64,000 nt of DNA from an uncultured Alphaproteobacteria bacterium (GCA_963804405.1 CAWDQG010000030.1:28017-92016); one strand, 5' to 3'; shown: positions 39,856 to 49,746, counted from the stretch's first letter. The notes: generated by a model not told the origin, from the sequence alone. Numbers and translations are program-made.

Positions 39856-40569
39856 TTAGGGACCAAAGCAATCGATGCGAACCGGCTGATCGAATTTGCC
39901 GCCATGGGCGGCATACGTCTCGTCGAAGCGCCGGCGTACCGCCGGCGCCAGGACGGCCTCTCGCGCATATCCGTTGAATCTCATGTTGGCGATCATACGC
40001 TCCGAAAACATGTCGAAATCGGAATAGCTCCGCACATCGGTGTACGTCGAGATTTTGTCGGTCGCGAATTGCGGCCGGGCGAAGCGGGCAAGGGCTTCGG
40101 CCGCTGCTTTGCGTACCGCCGTTTCGTCATGGAATAACTCGATAATGTATTGATGCGGGCCTTGCGGCAGAGGCTCGGCGACATACAAGCAGCCGGACGG
40201 CCGCAGCAGCCGCCGCGCCTCGGTGAGTGCTCCCTGGAGCTTGGCCCCCGGCACGTGGTGAAGCGAAAAAACAAACAGGACGAGGTCGGCACCGTGATCG
40301 GGCTCCGGAATCGCGTCGGCCGATGCCTTTGCCAGCCGAAAGCTCCCCGCGCCATGCGCGACCGGCGCAGTTTCCGCGATAAATGGATCGTAGCCGGTGA
40401 CATGCGCACCAAGCTTCGCCAGCGCGCGCGTCAATTGGCCCTCGCCACAGCCAATATCAATGACGCGCATGCCTTCCACCGGTCCAACAGTGGCCAACAG
40501 CGCATCGAGGTGTGATTTGGCGCCGAGATCGCGGGTGGAAGGCACGGCCGAAGAAATTGTCATGATCAT
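39856..40569 (-). CDS. Class I SAM-dependent methyltransferase
   Basis: MRVIDIGCGEGQLT motif I and ...DLVLFVFSLHHV. 237 aa. Intact. Confidence 0.75.
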   Translation of the reverse strand: MIMTISSAVPSTRDLGAKSHLDALLATVGPVEGMRVIDIGCGEGQLTRALAKLGAHVTGYDPFIAETAPVAHGAGSFRLAKASADAIPEPDHGADLVLFVFSLHHVPGAKLQGALTEARRLLRPSGCLYVAEPLPQGPHQYIIELFHDETAVRKAAAEALARFARPQFATDKISTYTDVRSYSDFDMFSERMIANMRFNGYAREAVLAPAVRRRFDETYAAHGGKFDQPVRIDCFGP

Positions 40570-40584
40570 CTGCCCCGATTGTCA

Positions 40585-41235
40585 TTAAGGTTCGCCTGGC
40601 TTGAACGGTAATTCCTTACCCGGCGGTACGCTCTCCTCGCTCATTGCCAACAGCATCGCGATCGAAATATAAGCGCCGGCGACAGTGGTCAAATCCACGA
40701 CCTGCTGCTCGCCGAGAAGCTTCTTGGCGCGGGCGAACGTCTCGTCCGATATCGCGTGGTTCATGCTCAACTCGGTGACGAAGTCGTACACCACCGTCTC
40801 TTCCGCCGGCATGTTCGAGGGACGCTTGCCGGCCTTGAGCTCGGCGACGATGTCCGGCGACAGCCCGGCTTTGATGGCGAGCGGCGCATGCGCGTACCAC
40901 TCCACTTGCGAACGCCACTGCCGGCCGATGATCAGGATGGCGAACTCATTGAGCTTCAACGGCACCGACGTTTCCCAGCGCAGATAATGCAGCAGGTCGA
41001 ACATTCGCCGCCCGAGCACCGGGCTGCGCAGCAGCGGATTGTACGGTCCGCCGAGGCCGACGCTCGAGACCTTCATGATCTGCTCGCCAAGCTGCTTTTG
41101 CTGGTCGGTGAGCTGATCCATGGTCAGCGGCGCGAAGCGCGGCTCTTTGCTCATGGCGCGGGTCCCTATCGTCACGACAGCAAACAAACTAGCTGTCGCC
41201 AGGATTGTGAGGATCGTCCGGGCTGTTTGCCTCAT
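40585..41235 (-). CDS. Carboxymuconolactone decarboxylase (AhpD-like) family protein with signal peptide
   Basis: ORF 40585..41337 trimmed to ATG 41235 (GGAGAAATCTC upstream). N-terminal hydrophobic segment. ...EFAILIIGRQWRSQVEWYAHAPLA... is typical of the CMD fold. Confidence 0.6.
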   Translation of the reverse strand: MRQTARTILTILATASLFAVVTIGTRAMSKEPRFAPLTMDQLTDQQKQLGEQIMKVSSVGLGGPYNPLLRSPVLGRRMFDLLHYLRWETSVPLKLNEFAILIIGRQWRSQVEWYAHAPLAIKAGLSPDIVAELKAGKRPSNMPAEETVVYDFVTELSMNHAISDETFARAKKLLGEQQVVDLTTVAGAYISIAMLLAMSEESVPPGKELPFKPGEP

Positions 41236-41389
41236 GAGATTTCTCCGAGGTGGGTAACATGGCTCGCAACGCAGCCGTTTGACGTTCGAAATTGCAATTC
41301 GCCTACAGCGGGATATCCTAATGCGTGTGGCCGGCAAGCGAGCGTGAATGTTTTACGGCCGGCGCGCGTTTATCGAAGGGGGAACTGCC

Positions 41390-41602
41390 ATGGCAAAGTC
41401 AAGGACGGGTCTCGACCATCGTCATCGCGACAAAAGCGGGCGGATCGAGCGTAAGCACGGGAATACAAAGGTTGCCGCCCTGCGCAAGGAGTACGGCCCA
41501 AGTTTCGCAAAGGGCCGCCGCAAGGACATGATGCTCAAGACGCTGCTTGCGGAAACCGGCTCCACGTCACTGCACGAATATCTGAAGCATCACCACAAAT
41601 AG
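41390..41602 (+). CDS. Small basic hypothetical protein (70 aa)
   Basis: ORF 41348..41602 trimmed to ATG 41390 (GAAGGGGGA RBS). Lys/Arg/His-rich. Followed by a strong hairpin. No family recognised. Confidence 0.45.
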   Translation: MAKSRTGLDHRHRDKSGRIERKHGNTKVAALRKEYGPSFAKGRRKDMMLKTLLAETGSTSLHEYLKHHHK

Positions 41603-41605
41603 CCG

Positions 41606-41629
41606 GCCCCCGCCCACGAAGGCGGGGGC
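41606..41629 (+). terminator. GC-rich hairpin after the small basic ORF
   Basis: gcccccgcc-cacgaa-ggcgggggc, a perfect 9-bp stem 4 nt after the stop. There is no U-tract, so it may be a stabiliser rather than a canonical intrinsic terminator. Confidence 0.45.
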
Positions 41630-41682
41630 TCGAGAAGAACGTGTGGCGAGCCGCCCGGCGAGGCAGATGCCTCGCGGCTCGG

Positions 41683-42246
41683 TCAGAGCGAGCGCGAGAT
41701 TTCCTGGTCCGTCGGCACGCGCCCGTTCGGCGTCAAATGGTCGACGGCCTGCGGCAGATACTCGCTGAGAGTGGCCAGCAAATCGTCGCGTGACATGCCG
41801 GAATGTGCCGACAACGCGTTGATCTGGTCGGCGCCGAGAGCCTTCGCCAGATCGTTCGGTGAGATCGTTTTGTTCGGCCCATTGCCAACCCAGGACTTGG
41901 TCACGTCGCCCTGGCCGGCTTGCTGGAACTGCTTGAGAAGATCGTTGAGACCGCCGCTCAACACGCCTCCAGCGGCCCCGCCAGCGAGCAGGCCGCCAAG
42001 TCCACCTTTGAGGATATCGCCCAAACCGCCCGGGCTGCCGCCTTGGGTCGGCGCCGGCGCGCTTGGAGCAGACGCTGCCGTCCCGGGCTGGCCGGTGAAG
42101 CTTTTCAAGGCCTTGTAGGCGATCAGGCCGAGGATCGCCATGGTGATCGGTGACATTCCGCCGCCGCCGCCGCCGCCGGAACCGGAGGAACCGCGTGGCC
42201 CGTGTGGTCCATTCTGCATGCCATTGAGGACATCAATTAATCCCAT
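41683..42246 (-). CDS. YidB-family (DUF937) protein
   Basis: ORF 41683..42279 trimmed to ATG 42246 (AGGGAGA RBS). MGLIDVLNGM..., Gly-rich centre, ...WVGNGPNKTISPNDLAKALG...LSEYLPQAVDHLTPNG. Confidence 0.7.
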   Translation of the reverse strand: MGLIDVLNGMQNGPHGPRGSSGSGGGGGGGMSPITMAILGLIAYKALKSFTGQPGTAASAPSAPAPTQGGSPGGLGDILKGGLGGLLAGGAAGGVLSGGLNDLLKQFQQAGQGDVTKSWVGNGPNKTISPNDLAKALGADQINALSAHSGMSRDDLLATLSEYLPQAVDHLTPNGRVPTDQEISRSL

Positions 42247-42390
42247 GACTTCGTCTCCCTTTGTTAGCGAGTGCCGCAATATGGCCCGCCTCAGCCACCA
42301 GAATATTGTAGGAAAATGTCAAAATTTACTCAGGCCGGCGTGCCGTTGAACTTCGTGACGGTCGCTGAATTTTTATTTGGATTCAGAGCC

Positions 42391-42493
42391 TAGACCATGA
42401 TCCGATCAACTCGAATCGGATCATGGTCTAGATGTTTGGCGGAGCATGATCTTTTCCGAAAACCGGCTTCCACTTTTCGGGATCATGCTCTAA
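42391..42493 (+). repeat. Bipartite hairpin repeat, copy D (full length)
   Basis: tagaccatgatccgatcaactcgaatcggatcatggtcta + gatgtttggcggagcatgatcttttccgaaaaccggcttccacttttcgggatcatgctctaa. Overlaps the last 22 codons of the TetR ORF. Confidence 0.9.
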
Positions 42494-43153
42494 CGCCCGC
42501 AACCCACCACTGACAAAGGGCACCAGCTCGCGCAAGGCGCCCTCGACATCGTCGGAACGGCATAGCCCGCGTGACAATCGCTCGATGCGTCCGGTCGCCG
42601 ACATGACCTGTACCATCGCGCCGAGTAAAAACATGTAACCCCAATAAATCGACCGCTCCGATGCCTTGGGCAAGGCCAGCCGCAACGCATTGATGAAATG
42701 CAGCGCCGTCGGATCAAGCACGCCGCTGGCGACCGCGGTGAATTTCGGCAGCACGTCGAGGTGCGACACCAGACGGCCGTAATGGCGCCAGCCAGCGTCG
42801 CCTTCAGCCAAGCGGCGCAACAGCGGAGCGAAGAAGGCCGTGACGATCGCCTCGACCGACGGCGACCGCGTGCCGGCCTTAAGGCGCGCCAGTTCCAGCG
42901 CCCTCACCCGCTCGTCGTGCACGATGCGCGCACGACGCGCGATCACCTCGTGCAGCAGGTTTTCCTTGGTGCCGAAGTGATAATTCGCCAGCGCCAGGTC
43001 GACGCCGGCGCGCTCGGTGATGGTGCGGAGCGACACGCCATCGAAGCCGCTTTCGGCGAAGCTGCGTTCCGCCGCATCGAGGATCGACAGCCGGGTCGTG
43101 TCGCCGCGCCGGACCGGTACGCGATCGGTGTACGCTTCCGGCTCGCTTTTCAT
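42428..43153 (-). CDS. TetR-family transcriptional regulator; C-terminal ~21 aa encoded by repeat copy D
   Basis: ORF 42428..43228 trimmed to ATG 43153. HTH ...ILDAAERSFAESGFDGVSLRTITERAGVDLALANYHFGTKE. The tail ...GGLRA|LEHDPEKWKPVFGKDHAPPNI lies inside the repeat. Confidence 0.8.
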   Translation of the reverse strand: MKSEPEAYTDRVPVRRGDTTRLSILDAAERSFAESGFDGVSLRTITERAGVDLALANYHFGTKENLLHEVIARRARIVHDERVRALELARLKAGTRSPSVEAIVTAFFAPLLRRLAEGDAGWRHYGRLVSHLDVLPKFTAVASGVLDPTALHFINALRLALPKASERSIYWGYMFLLGAMVQVMSATGRIERLSRGLCRSDDVEGALRELVPFVSGGLRALEHDPEKWKPVFGKDHAPPNI

Positions 43154-43279
43154 GCGGCAGCACGTCGGGATTTTGGCGCCGCCGCGCTTTTGGTCCTCAT
43201 CGTTCTGCGCGCTCCCTTGCGTAACCAACGGCCGCCGTGGTCGGAACTTATAAACCCGGCGCGGCTTGACACTAGCTGA

Positions 43280-43299
43280 ATTTCAACATTCAATGAAAT
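43280..43299. promoter_or_regulatory. Candidate TetR operator (inverted repeat) in the divergent TetR/FAH intergenic region
   Basis: ATTTCAacattcaaTGAAAT within an AT-rich stretch. CTTGAC at 43265-43270 is a possible -35. Confidence 0.3.
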
Positions 43300-43363
43300 A
43301 AAATAATACGACTGATCAACATCAGGACGAGCCCGCTGAAGCGGCCGTATTCGGAGGACACCA

Positions 43364-44341
43364 ATGAGGCTCGTCACTTTCGCCGCCTCCGGCGCGCAAC
43401 GCCTCGGCGCCTTGGTCGATGGCGACCGGCGTGTTGTCGATTTCGCCGCGGCGGATGGCGCCGCCGGCCCCGCATTCGGCAGTATGCAGGCGCTGATCGA
43501 GGCCGGCGAGCCGGCGCTCAATCGCGCCGGCGAGATCGTCGCCGCGGCGCAGCGTAGCGGCCGCGGCGTGATCGAGACCGCCGCGGTCAAGCTCCTGGCG
43601 CCGTTACCGGTGCCGCCGCAGATGCGCGACTTTCTGTGTTTCGAAAAACATTTGATTCAGGCGTTCACCCAAATACAGCGCATGCGCGCGGCGGCCGCGC
43701 CCGATCCCGAAAAAGCGCTGCGCGAATTCGAGAAACAAGGGGCCTATAAGCCGCCGCAAAGCTGGTACGAGCGGCCGAGCTTCTACAAGCCAAGCCGCTT
43801 CGCTGTGTGCGGCGCCGATCAGGACGTCAAGTGGCCCGACTATTCGAAAACCATCGATTATGAGCTCGAATTCGCCTGTGTGATCGGCAAAGGCGGCCGC
43901 GATATCCCGAAGGACAAAGCCCGCGCCCACATCTTCGGCTACACCATCTTCAACGATTTCTCCGCCCGCGACGAGCAGAGCCTCGAGATGCTGAACAATC
44001 TCGGACCCGGCAAGGGCAAAGATTTCGACAATTCCAATCCGATCGGTCCTTGCATCGTCACCGCCGACGAAATTCCCGATCCTTATGCGCTGGACATGAT
44101 CGTGCGCGTCAACGGCGAGGAGCGCGGCCGCGGCAATTCGCGCGAGATGCACTGGAAATACGAGGACTGCATCGCCTTCGTCGCCCGCGACGAGACCATC
44201 CACCCCGGCGAGTTGTTTTGCTCCGGCACGGTCGGCAACGGCTCCGGCCTCGAGATCGGACGCTATGTCGAGCCGGGCGAAATCGTCGAGCTCGAGGTCG
44301 AAAAAATCGGCGTGCTGCGCAATCGCATCGCGCTCGGCTAG
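43364..44341 (+). CDS. Fumarylacetoacetate hydrolase family protein
   Basis: GGAGGA RBS. ...DYELEFACVIGKGGRDI...GYTIFNDFSARD...GKGKDFD...GTVGNGSG. 325 aa. Intact. Confidence 0.85.
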   Translation: MRLVTFAASGAQRLGALVDGDRRVVDFAAADGAAGPAFGSMQALIEAGEPALNRAGEIVAAAQRSGRGVIETAAVKLLAPLPVPPQMRDFLCFEKHLIQAFTQIQRMRAAAAPDPEKALREFEKQGAYKPPQSWYERPSFYKPSRFAVCGADQDVKWPDYSKTIDYELEFACVIGKGGRDIPKDKARAHIFGYTIFNDFSARDEQSLEMLNNLGPGKGKDFDNSNPIGPCIVTADEIPDPYALDMIVRVNGEERGRGNSREMHWKYEDCIAFVARDETIHPGELFCSGTVGNGSGLEIGRYVEPGEIVELEVEKIGVLRNRIALG

Positions 44342-44362
44342 TCATACGATTCGGGAGGAACC

Positions 44363-44899
44363 ATGTTGCAGAAGATCCGTCGCGTCGTCACCGGACACAA
44401 CGCCGCCGGCAAGGCTACGATTCTGTTCAATGACGACGCGCCCAACGTGACCGCGATCAAAGGCTGGCCCGGGCTCGGCGTGACCGAAGTCTGGGTCACC
44501 GACGAGATGCCAGTGGACAACAACGGCTCAACGGATCGTTCGCTGCGGCCGATGCGTCACGATCCGACGCCATCCGGCACGATCTTCCGCGTCGTCGAAA
44601 TTCCCCCGGAGAGCGCGGGCACAAAGATCGACGCCGGCGCGACCTTTGGGCAGCTGGGCAGCACCCACAAGCCAAGCGCCTCAGATTCCGCCAAGCATCC
44701 GACCATGCACAAAACCGATTCGATCGATTATCTGGTGGTGATCTCCGGCTCGATGCATATGCTGATGGAGGAAGGCGAGGTCGAGCTGCACGCCGGCGAC
44801 TGCATCGTCCAGCGCGGCACCAACCACGCCTGGGTTAACCGCAGCGGCAAGCCTTGCTTGCTCGCGGCAGTGCTGATTGACGCAAAATCGGCGCCTTGA
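44363..44899 (+). CDS. Cupin-domain protein
   Basis: GGGAGGA RBS. ...MHKTDSIDYLVVISGSMHMLMEEGEVELHAGDCIVQRGTNHAWVN. 178 aa. Confidence 0.7.
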   Translation: MLQKIRRVVTGHNAAGKATILFNDDAPNVTAIKGWPGLGVTEVWVTDEMPVDNNGSTDRSLRPMRHDPTPSGTIFRVVEIPPESAGTKIDAGATFGQLGSTHKPSASDSAKHPTMHKTDSIDYLVVISGSMHMLMEEGEVELHAGDCIVQRGTNHAWVNRSGKPCLLAAVLIDAKSAP

Positions 44900-44926
44900 T
44901 CGGCGTCGCGATCGAAGCGGCGGGCG

Positions 44927-46438
44927 ATGAATCTGGCAGGCTGGGTCGAGAAATGGGGGCGAGCAGCGCCCGATCATCCAGCGATCGCATTGGGCGGCGC
45001 GACCTACGCGACTTATCTGCAATGGGCGGCGCGCTCGCGCGCACTGGCCGGCAATTTGCGTAAACTCTGCCGGCCGGAAGACCGCGTGGCGATCGCCATG
45101 ACCAATCGGCCGGAGTTTCTCGAGGCACTGTTCGCCATCTGGCACGCCGGACTGGTCGCGGTGCCGATGAACGCGAAGCTCCACGGCGACGAATTCGGCT
45201 ACATCATCGGCAACACCGACGCGACGCTTGCTCTCGCCAGTCCTGATCGCGCCAGCGATGTCGCGGCGCACGGCCGCACCATCGCGACCGGCAGCGCCGA
45301 GTGGCGGCGGCTGCTTGCCGGCGACGGCATCGACGTCGCGCCGCGCCGGCCCGGCGACCTCGCCTGGCTGTTCTATACCAGCGGCACCACCGGTCGGCCC
45401 AAAGGCGCGATGCTGACCCACGGCATCATGATGGCGCAGACGCTCGCCTACTTCGCCGAAATCGAGCCGGTCCGCCCAGGCGACTGCGTCCTGCACGCCG
45501 CGCCGATGTCGCACGGCTCCGGCTGTTACGGCCTGCCGTTCGTCGCCATGGGAGCAAAGACCGTCATTCCAGAAAGTACGGGCTTTGACCCCGACGAAAT
45601 CGCGATGCTGCTGACCGCGCACGGCAATGTCAGCTTCTTCGCGGCGCCAACCATGGTAAGCCGCTTGATCAACCATCCAGGCTTCGCCGCCGCCGATCAT
45701 GACGGTTTGCGCACCATCATCTACGGCGGCGCACCGATGCATTATGAAACGCTGCTGCGCGGCTTGGATCTCTTGGGCCCGAAATTCGCGCAGATCTACG
45801 GTCAGGGCGAAGTGCCGATGACCATCACCGCGCTGTCCAAGGACATCCACGCCGACCGCTCGCGGCCGCGCTGGCGCGAGATCATGGGCTCGGTCGGATT
45901 GCCGCGCACCAACGTGGAGGTGCAGGTCGCCGATGAGGAAGATCGCCCGCTCCCGACCGGTGAAATTGGCGAGATTTTGGTGCGCGGCGATGTCGTGATG
46001 ACCGGCTACTGGAAAAATCCACAGGCGACCGCCGAGACTTTACGCGGCGGCTGGCTGCATACCGGCGACATGGGCGCCTTCGATGCCGAGGGTTTCCTGA
46101 CGTTGAAGGACCGATCCAAGGACATGATCATCAGCGGCGGCAGCAACGTCTATCCGCGCGAGGTCGAAGAAGTGCTGCTGCGCCATCCCGGGGTGTTCGA
46201 GGTTTCGGTGATCGGCCGCCCGCATGCGGATTGGGGCGAGGAGGTCGTGGCCTGCGTCGTGCCGCATGCCGGGCAACAGATATCCGAAGAGGAATTGGAC
46301 GCACTCTGTCTTTCGGCGATCGCGCGATTCAAGCGGCCGCGCGGTTATGTCTTTCTCGAAACGCTGCCGAAGAACAATTACGGCAAGGTGCTCAAGACCG
46401 AGCTGCGCAAGCTTTACGGCCAGGCAGGCGACAAGTGA
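44927..46438 (+). CDS. AMP-dependent synthetase/ligase (acyl-CoA synthetase)
   Basis: YTSGTTGRPKG, ...GQGE..., ...TGDMGAFDAEGFLTLKDRSKDMIISGGSNVYPREVE. 503 aa. Intact. Confidence 0.9.
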   Translation: MNLAGWVEKWGRAAPDHPAIALGGATYATYLQWAARSRALAGNLRKLCRPEDRVAIAMTNRPEFLEALFAIWHAGLVAVPMNAKLHGDEFGYIIGNTDATLALASPDRASDVAAHGRTIATGSAEWRRLLAGDGIDVAPRRPGDLAWLFYTSGTTGRPKGAMLTHGIMMAQTLAYFAEIEPVRPGDCVLHAAPMSHGSGCYGLPFVAMGAKTVIPESTGFDPDEIAMLLTAHGNVSFFAAPTMVSRLINHPGFAAADHDGLRTIIYGGAPMHYETLLRGLDLLGPKFAQIYGQGEVPMTITALSKDIHADRSRPRWREIMGSVGLPRTNVEVQVADEEDRPLPTGEIGEILVRGDVVMTGYWKNPQATAETLRGGWLHTGDMGAFDAEGFLTLKDRSKDMIISGGSNVYPREVEEVLLRHPGVFEVSVIGRPHADWGEEVVACVVPHAGQQISEEELDALCLSAIARFKRPRGYVFLETLPKNNYGKVLKTELRKLYGQAGDK

Positions 46439-46636
46439 CGACCGCTTCATCACTGCATTATCAAGCCGGTGCTGATTACTACATTATCAAGAGCGCCAAT
46501 AACTTAGGCAGAAAGCTGATTAATGGCTTCTGCGCCTATTTATTTTTTATGCCACTCCTAGGCAACCAACATCGAATTCATATGCGGTGATCGGCATATT
46601 TGGAAAGGCGCGTCGCGCGCTCTAAGGGCCGGTTCA

Positions 46637-47473
46637 ATGCACCGCGGATTTCTCAACTCGGCAAGTCTGATTGCTGGCGCCCTCACGGCGGTAACGGTTG
46701 CGACTGTCGCGGCAGTGAGCCCTCCGGCCTGGGCGGAGAACAATGACATAAGTATCCGCCGCACCGCCGAGCGGACGACATTCAGCGACGACGAAATCAA
46801 GGACGGCTTCTTGAAGACCGCGTTCCGCGCCGAACTGCAAATCGGCCGCCAGGACGAGCGCATCCGCAAATTCGATGAGCCGGTCCGTGTGTTTGTCGCC
46901 AGCCAGGGCGCGCCCGACCGCCGCAACGAGATCGCGACGATCGTCGCCGACATTCGCGCCCACGTGAACCATCTCGATGTGGCGATCACCGACAATCGTC
47001 AATCAGCGAACTTCGTCGTCACGCTCGTCAATCGGCGCGACCTCGAACAAACGATCCGCGCCCGCTACGGTGCGAGACAAGCGCGGCAAATCCAACAGAA
47101 GCTCCGCCCGGAATGCTTGTCCGGTATCGCCAAGGATCAAACCTTCCGCATCCGCCGCGCCGAGGTGATCCTGCCGGTCGATGACGGCGATTTCCAGTTT
47201 TACGATTGCGCTTATGAGGAACTGCTGCAGGGCCTCGGGATCATCAATGACGACGGTACGGTTCCCTGGACCATGTTCAACGACAATGTCCAGATGGGCT
47301 TCTTCGACGTCTACGACCAATACCTGGTCAATATTCTCTATGATCCGCGCGTGCGGCAGGGGATGACGAAAGACCAGGTCGACACGCTACTGCCCGAAGT
47401 CATGCCGACCGTACGGGCGTGGGTGGACACCAACCGCTCGCGAAAAGACGCGGCGGCACAGACCCGGCACTAG
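46637..47473 (+). CDS. Exported DUF2927-like protein
   Basis: Signal peptide ...VAAVSPPAWA. ...DGFLKTAFRAELQ...IRKFDEPVRVFV...NFVVTLVNRRD...CAYEELLQGLG...ILYDPRVRQGMT resembles my recollection of DUF2927. Family call is from memory. Confidence 0.55.
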   Translation: MHRGFLNSASLIAGALTAVTVATVAAVSPPAWAENNDISIRRTAERTTFSDDEIKDGFLKTAFRAELQIGRQDERIRKFDEPVRVFVASQGAPDRRNEIATIVADIRAHVNHLDVAITDNRQSANFVVTLVNRRDLEQTIRARYGARQARQIQQKLRPECLSGIAKDQTFRIRRAEVILPVDDGDFQFYDCAYEELLQGLGIINDDGTVPWTMFNDNVQMGFFDVYDQYLVNILYDPRVRQGMTKDQVDTLLPEVMPTVRAWVDTNRSRKDAAAQTRH

Positions 47474-47578
47474 CCAGCACCTCGTCCTCGTCTCATCGGC
47501 GATGATAGCGCGCCAACGCTCGCCCAGCATGCTGCCCAGCGCGCGCCCTTGAACACAGTGATAACGCGTACCGTCAGC

Positions 47579-47821
47579 TTAACGCTTTGGCGCTGAAGTT
47601 CTTGCCGAAGACGATGAGAACTCCGTGATCGTGTAGCCTACGGCGTGGACCCGCTGCCGATACTGGGTTTGCTGTATGCTCGCCGTGTAACCGGCGTTGT
47701 TATACTTCGACGGCGCGCTGGTGGCTCCGCCACCGGCTTGCGCCGATACCAGCGATCCCGCAGACAAAATCGCCGCCGCTGCGGCGACCGTAGCGAGCGT
47801 CTTTGCCTTGGTCTTAGACAT
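47579..47821 (-). CDS. Small exported hypothetical protein (80 aa)
   Basis: GGAGAATTCA RBS before the ATG. Signal peptide MSKTKAKTLATVAAAAAILSAGSLVSAQA. No family recognised. Confidence 0.5.
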   Translation of the reverse strand: MSKTKAKTLATVAAAAAILSAGSLVSAQAGGGATSAPSKYNNAGYTASIQQTQYRQRVHAVGYTITEFSSSSARTSAPKR

Positions 47822-48179
47822 TGAATTCTCCGTTGAGCTTCGCAGATCGATCTGCGTCGTTCCTCATTCGGCTCTTATTCGGCCTCTGCGGCCACTATGA
47901 TCCCCGTTATTCAGCCCCGCAAGAATCAAAACAACCTTGCGCATAAAATGAGCCACCAATGAACCGCGGTGAAAAAACAACCACACCAAGCTGTTGTTGT
48001 GGTGCAGCGCAACATCCCGGCACGTAAAGGCTTTCGCAGGAGGTTACAAAATCGCTGCACTGCGAAAGGTGTTGAGCGCGATCGCGGCAAGAGCGCCAGC
48101 GACGCAAATTGACAGCGCCTGCGAATGGTTGGAACTTGGGAACCAATGTCTGGCCGGTGAACCGCCGCCGAGGCTTTTC

Positions 48180-49746
48180 ATGAAAGATATGGCCGCGAAA
48201 GGTATGTCCGCGCGCGCGATCGCCGCCCATATTGCCGCCGGCGAGCTTTCATCCGCCGAAGTGGTTGAGCGCTACATTGCCAGGCTCGACGCCGTCAACG
48301 GCAAGCTCAACGCCGTCACCGTCGAATTGTACGACAGTGCGCGCAAGGCGGCGGCAAATGTCGACCAGGCGCGCACGCGCGGCGAGAAGCTTGGTCCACT
48401 TGGCGGCGTGCCGGTCACGATCAAGGAGTGCTTCGATCTCGCCGGCACCGCATCGACATTCGGCCTGACAACCCGCCGCGACGAGAATCGAAAGCAAGGA
48501 CGATCCTTACGTGGCGGCGTTGCGCACCGCAGGCGCGATCCCGATCGCCAAGACCAATCTGCCGCAGCTGATGATCTTTACTGAAACCGACAATCCGCTG
48601 TACGGGCGGACCAACAATCCGTGGGATCTGGAAAGATCGTGCGGCGGATCGAGCGGCGGCGAAGCCGCGGCGATCGCCGCCGGCGCTTCGCCGCTTGGCC
48701 TCGGCAACGACATCGGCGGTTCGTCGCGCGTTCCGGCGGCGTTTTGCGGCATCACTTCGATCCGGCCGACTGCGGGCCGTACGCCTGATTACTGCGCCCA
48801 TGGCTTGCCGGTCGGCCAGACCGGGATCGTGAGCCAGGTCGGCCCGATGGCGAGATATGTCGAAGACCTGGCCATCGGACTGCGTGTGCTGGACGGCGCC
48901 CGCGATCCGTTTGTCGTTCCTGGACCGCAGTTCGGCGACCCAGCCGCAGTCGACATCAGCCGGCTGCGGTTCGCCGCGTTTACGGATGATGGCGAATTCC
49001 CGGTCGCGCCGGCGGCAAGGCGCGCGGTTGCCGAAGCCATCCAATTCCTGACCGCCGCCGGGGCGAAGGCCGTCGCCTGGAAGCCGCCGTCGTTAAGCCG
49101 CGCGTTCGATCTTCTGTTCGCCAGCCTGTCCGCCGATCGGACGGTGAGCTTCAAGCGGCTGTTGCGCGGCAATCGCATCGACCGGCGCGTTCGCCCGCTG
49201 CTGTTGGTGGGCGGCATGCCGCCTTGGCTGCGCGGCGTCGCCGCTTCCGCGCTCGACGCTTTCGGTCAGCACCGGTCGGCGAGTAATTTGCGCCGCTTTG
49301 CCTCCGGCAGTGTCGACGACTATTGGCAGACCATCGAGGCGATCGCGGCCTTCCAGCGCGACCTCCTTCGTTCGTTCGAGGAGGCCGACGGCGGCCCGAT
49401 CGACGTGGTCCTTTGCCCCGCTTATGCTCTGCGGGCCGTACGCCACGGCGCGACCGAGCTATTGCCGATGCCAGGTGCTTATACGCCGATCGCCAATGTC
49501 AGCGGCTTTCCCGCCGGTGTCGTGCCGGTGACGCGCGTCCGCGCCGGCGAAGAGAGCGACCGGCCCGCAAGCCGCGACATGATGGATCGGGTGGCCCGCG
49601 AAACCGAGACCGGAAGCGCCGGCTTGCCGATCGCCGTGCAGGTGATTGCGCGGCCGTGGCGCGACCATGTCGCGCTCGCCGCCATGGCCAAGATCGAGGC
49701 CGCGGCGCGAACACAACCGGACTACCCGGCAGGACCGCCGCTATGA
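48180..49746 (+). pseudogene. Amidase (amidase-signature family), one frame break
   Basis: ORF 47994..48584 (from MKDMAAKGMSARAI...GGVPVTIKECFDLAG...TTRRDE) continues in ORF 48511..49746 as IESKDDPYVAALRTAGAIPIAKTNL...GGSSGGEAAAIA...GNDIGGSSRVPA. Break at gagAAtc 48486-48487. Confidence 0.8.

Noticed and set aside
47955-48000. aacaaccacacc...gttgttgtggtg looked like a hairpin.
   Set aside because: The second half is complementary but not reversed (parallel complement), so it cannot fold into a stem.
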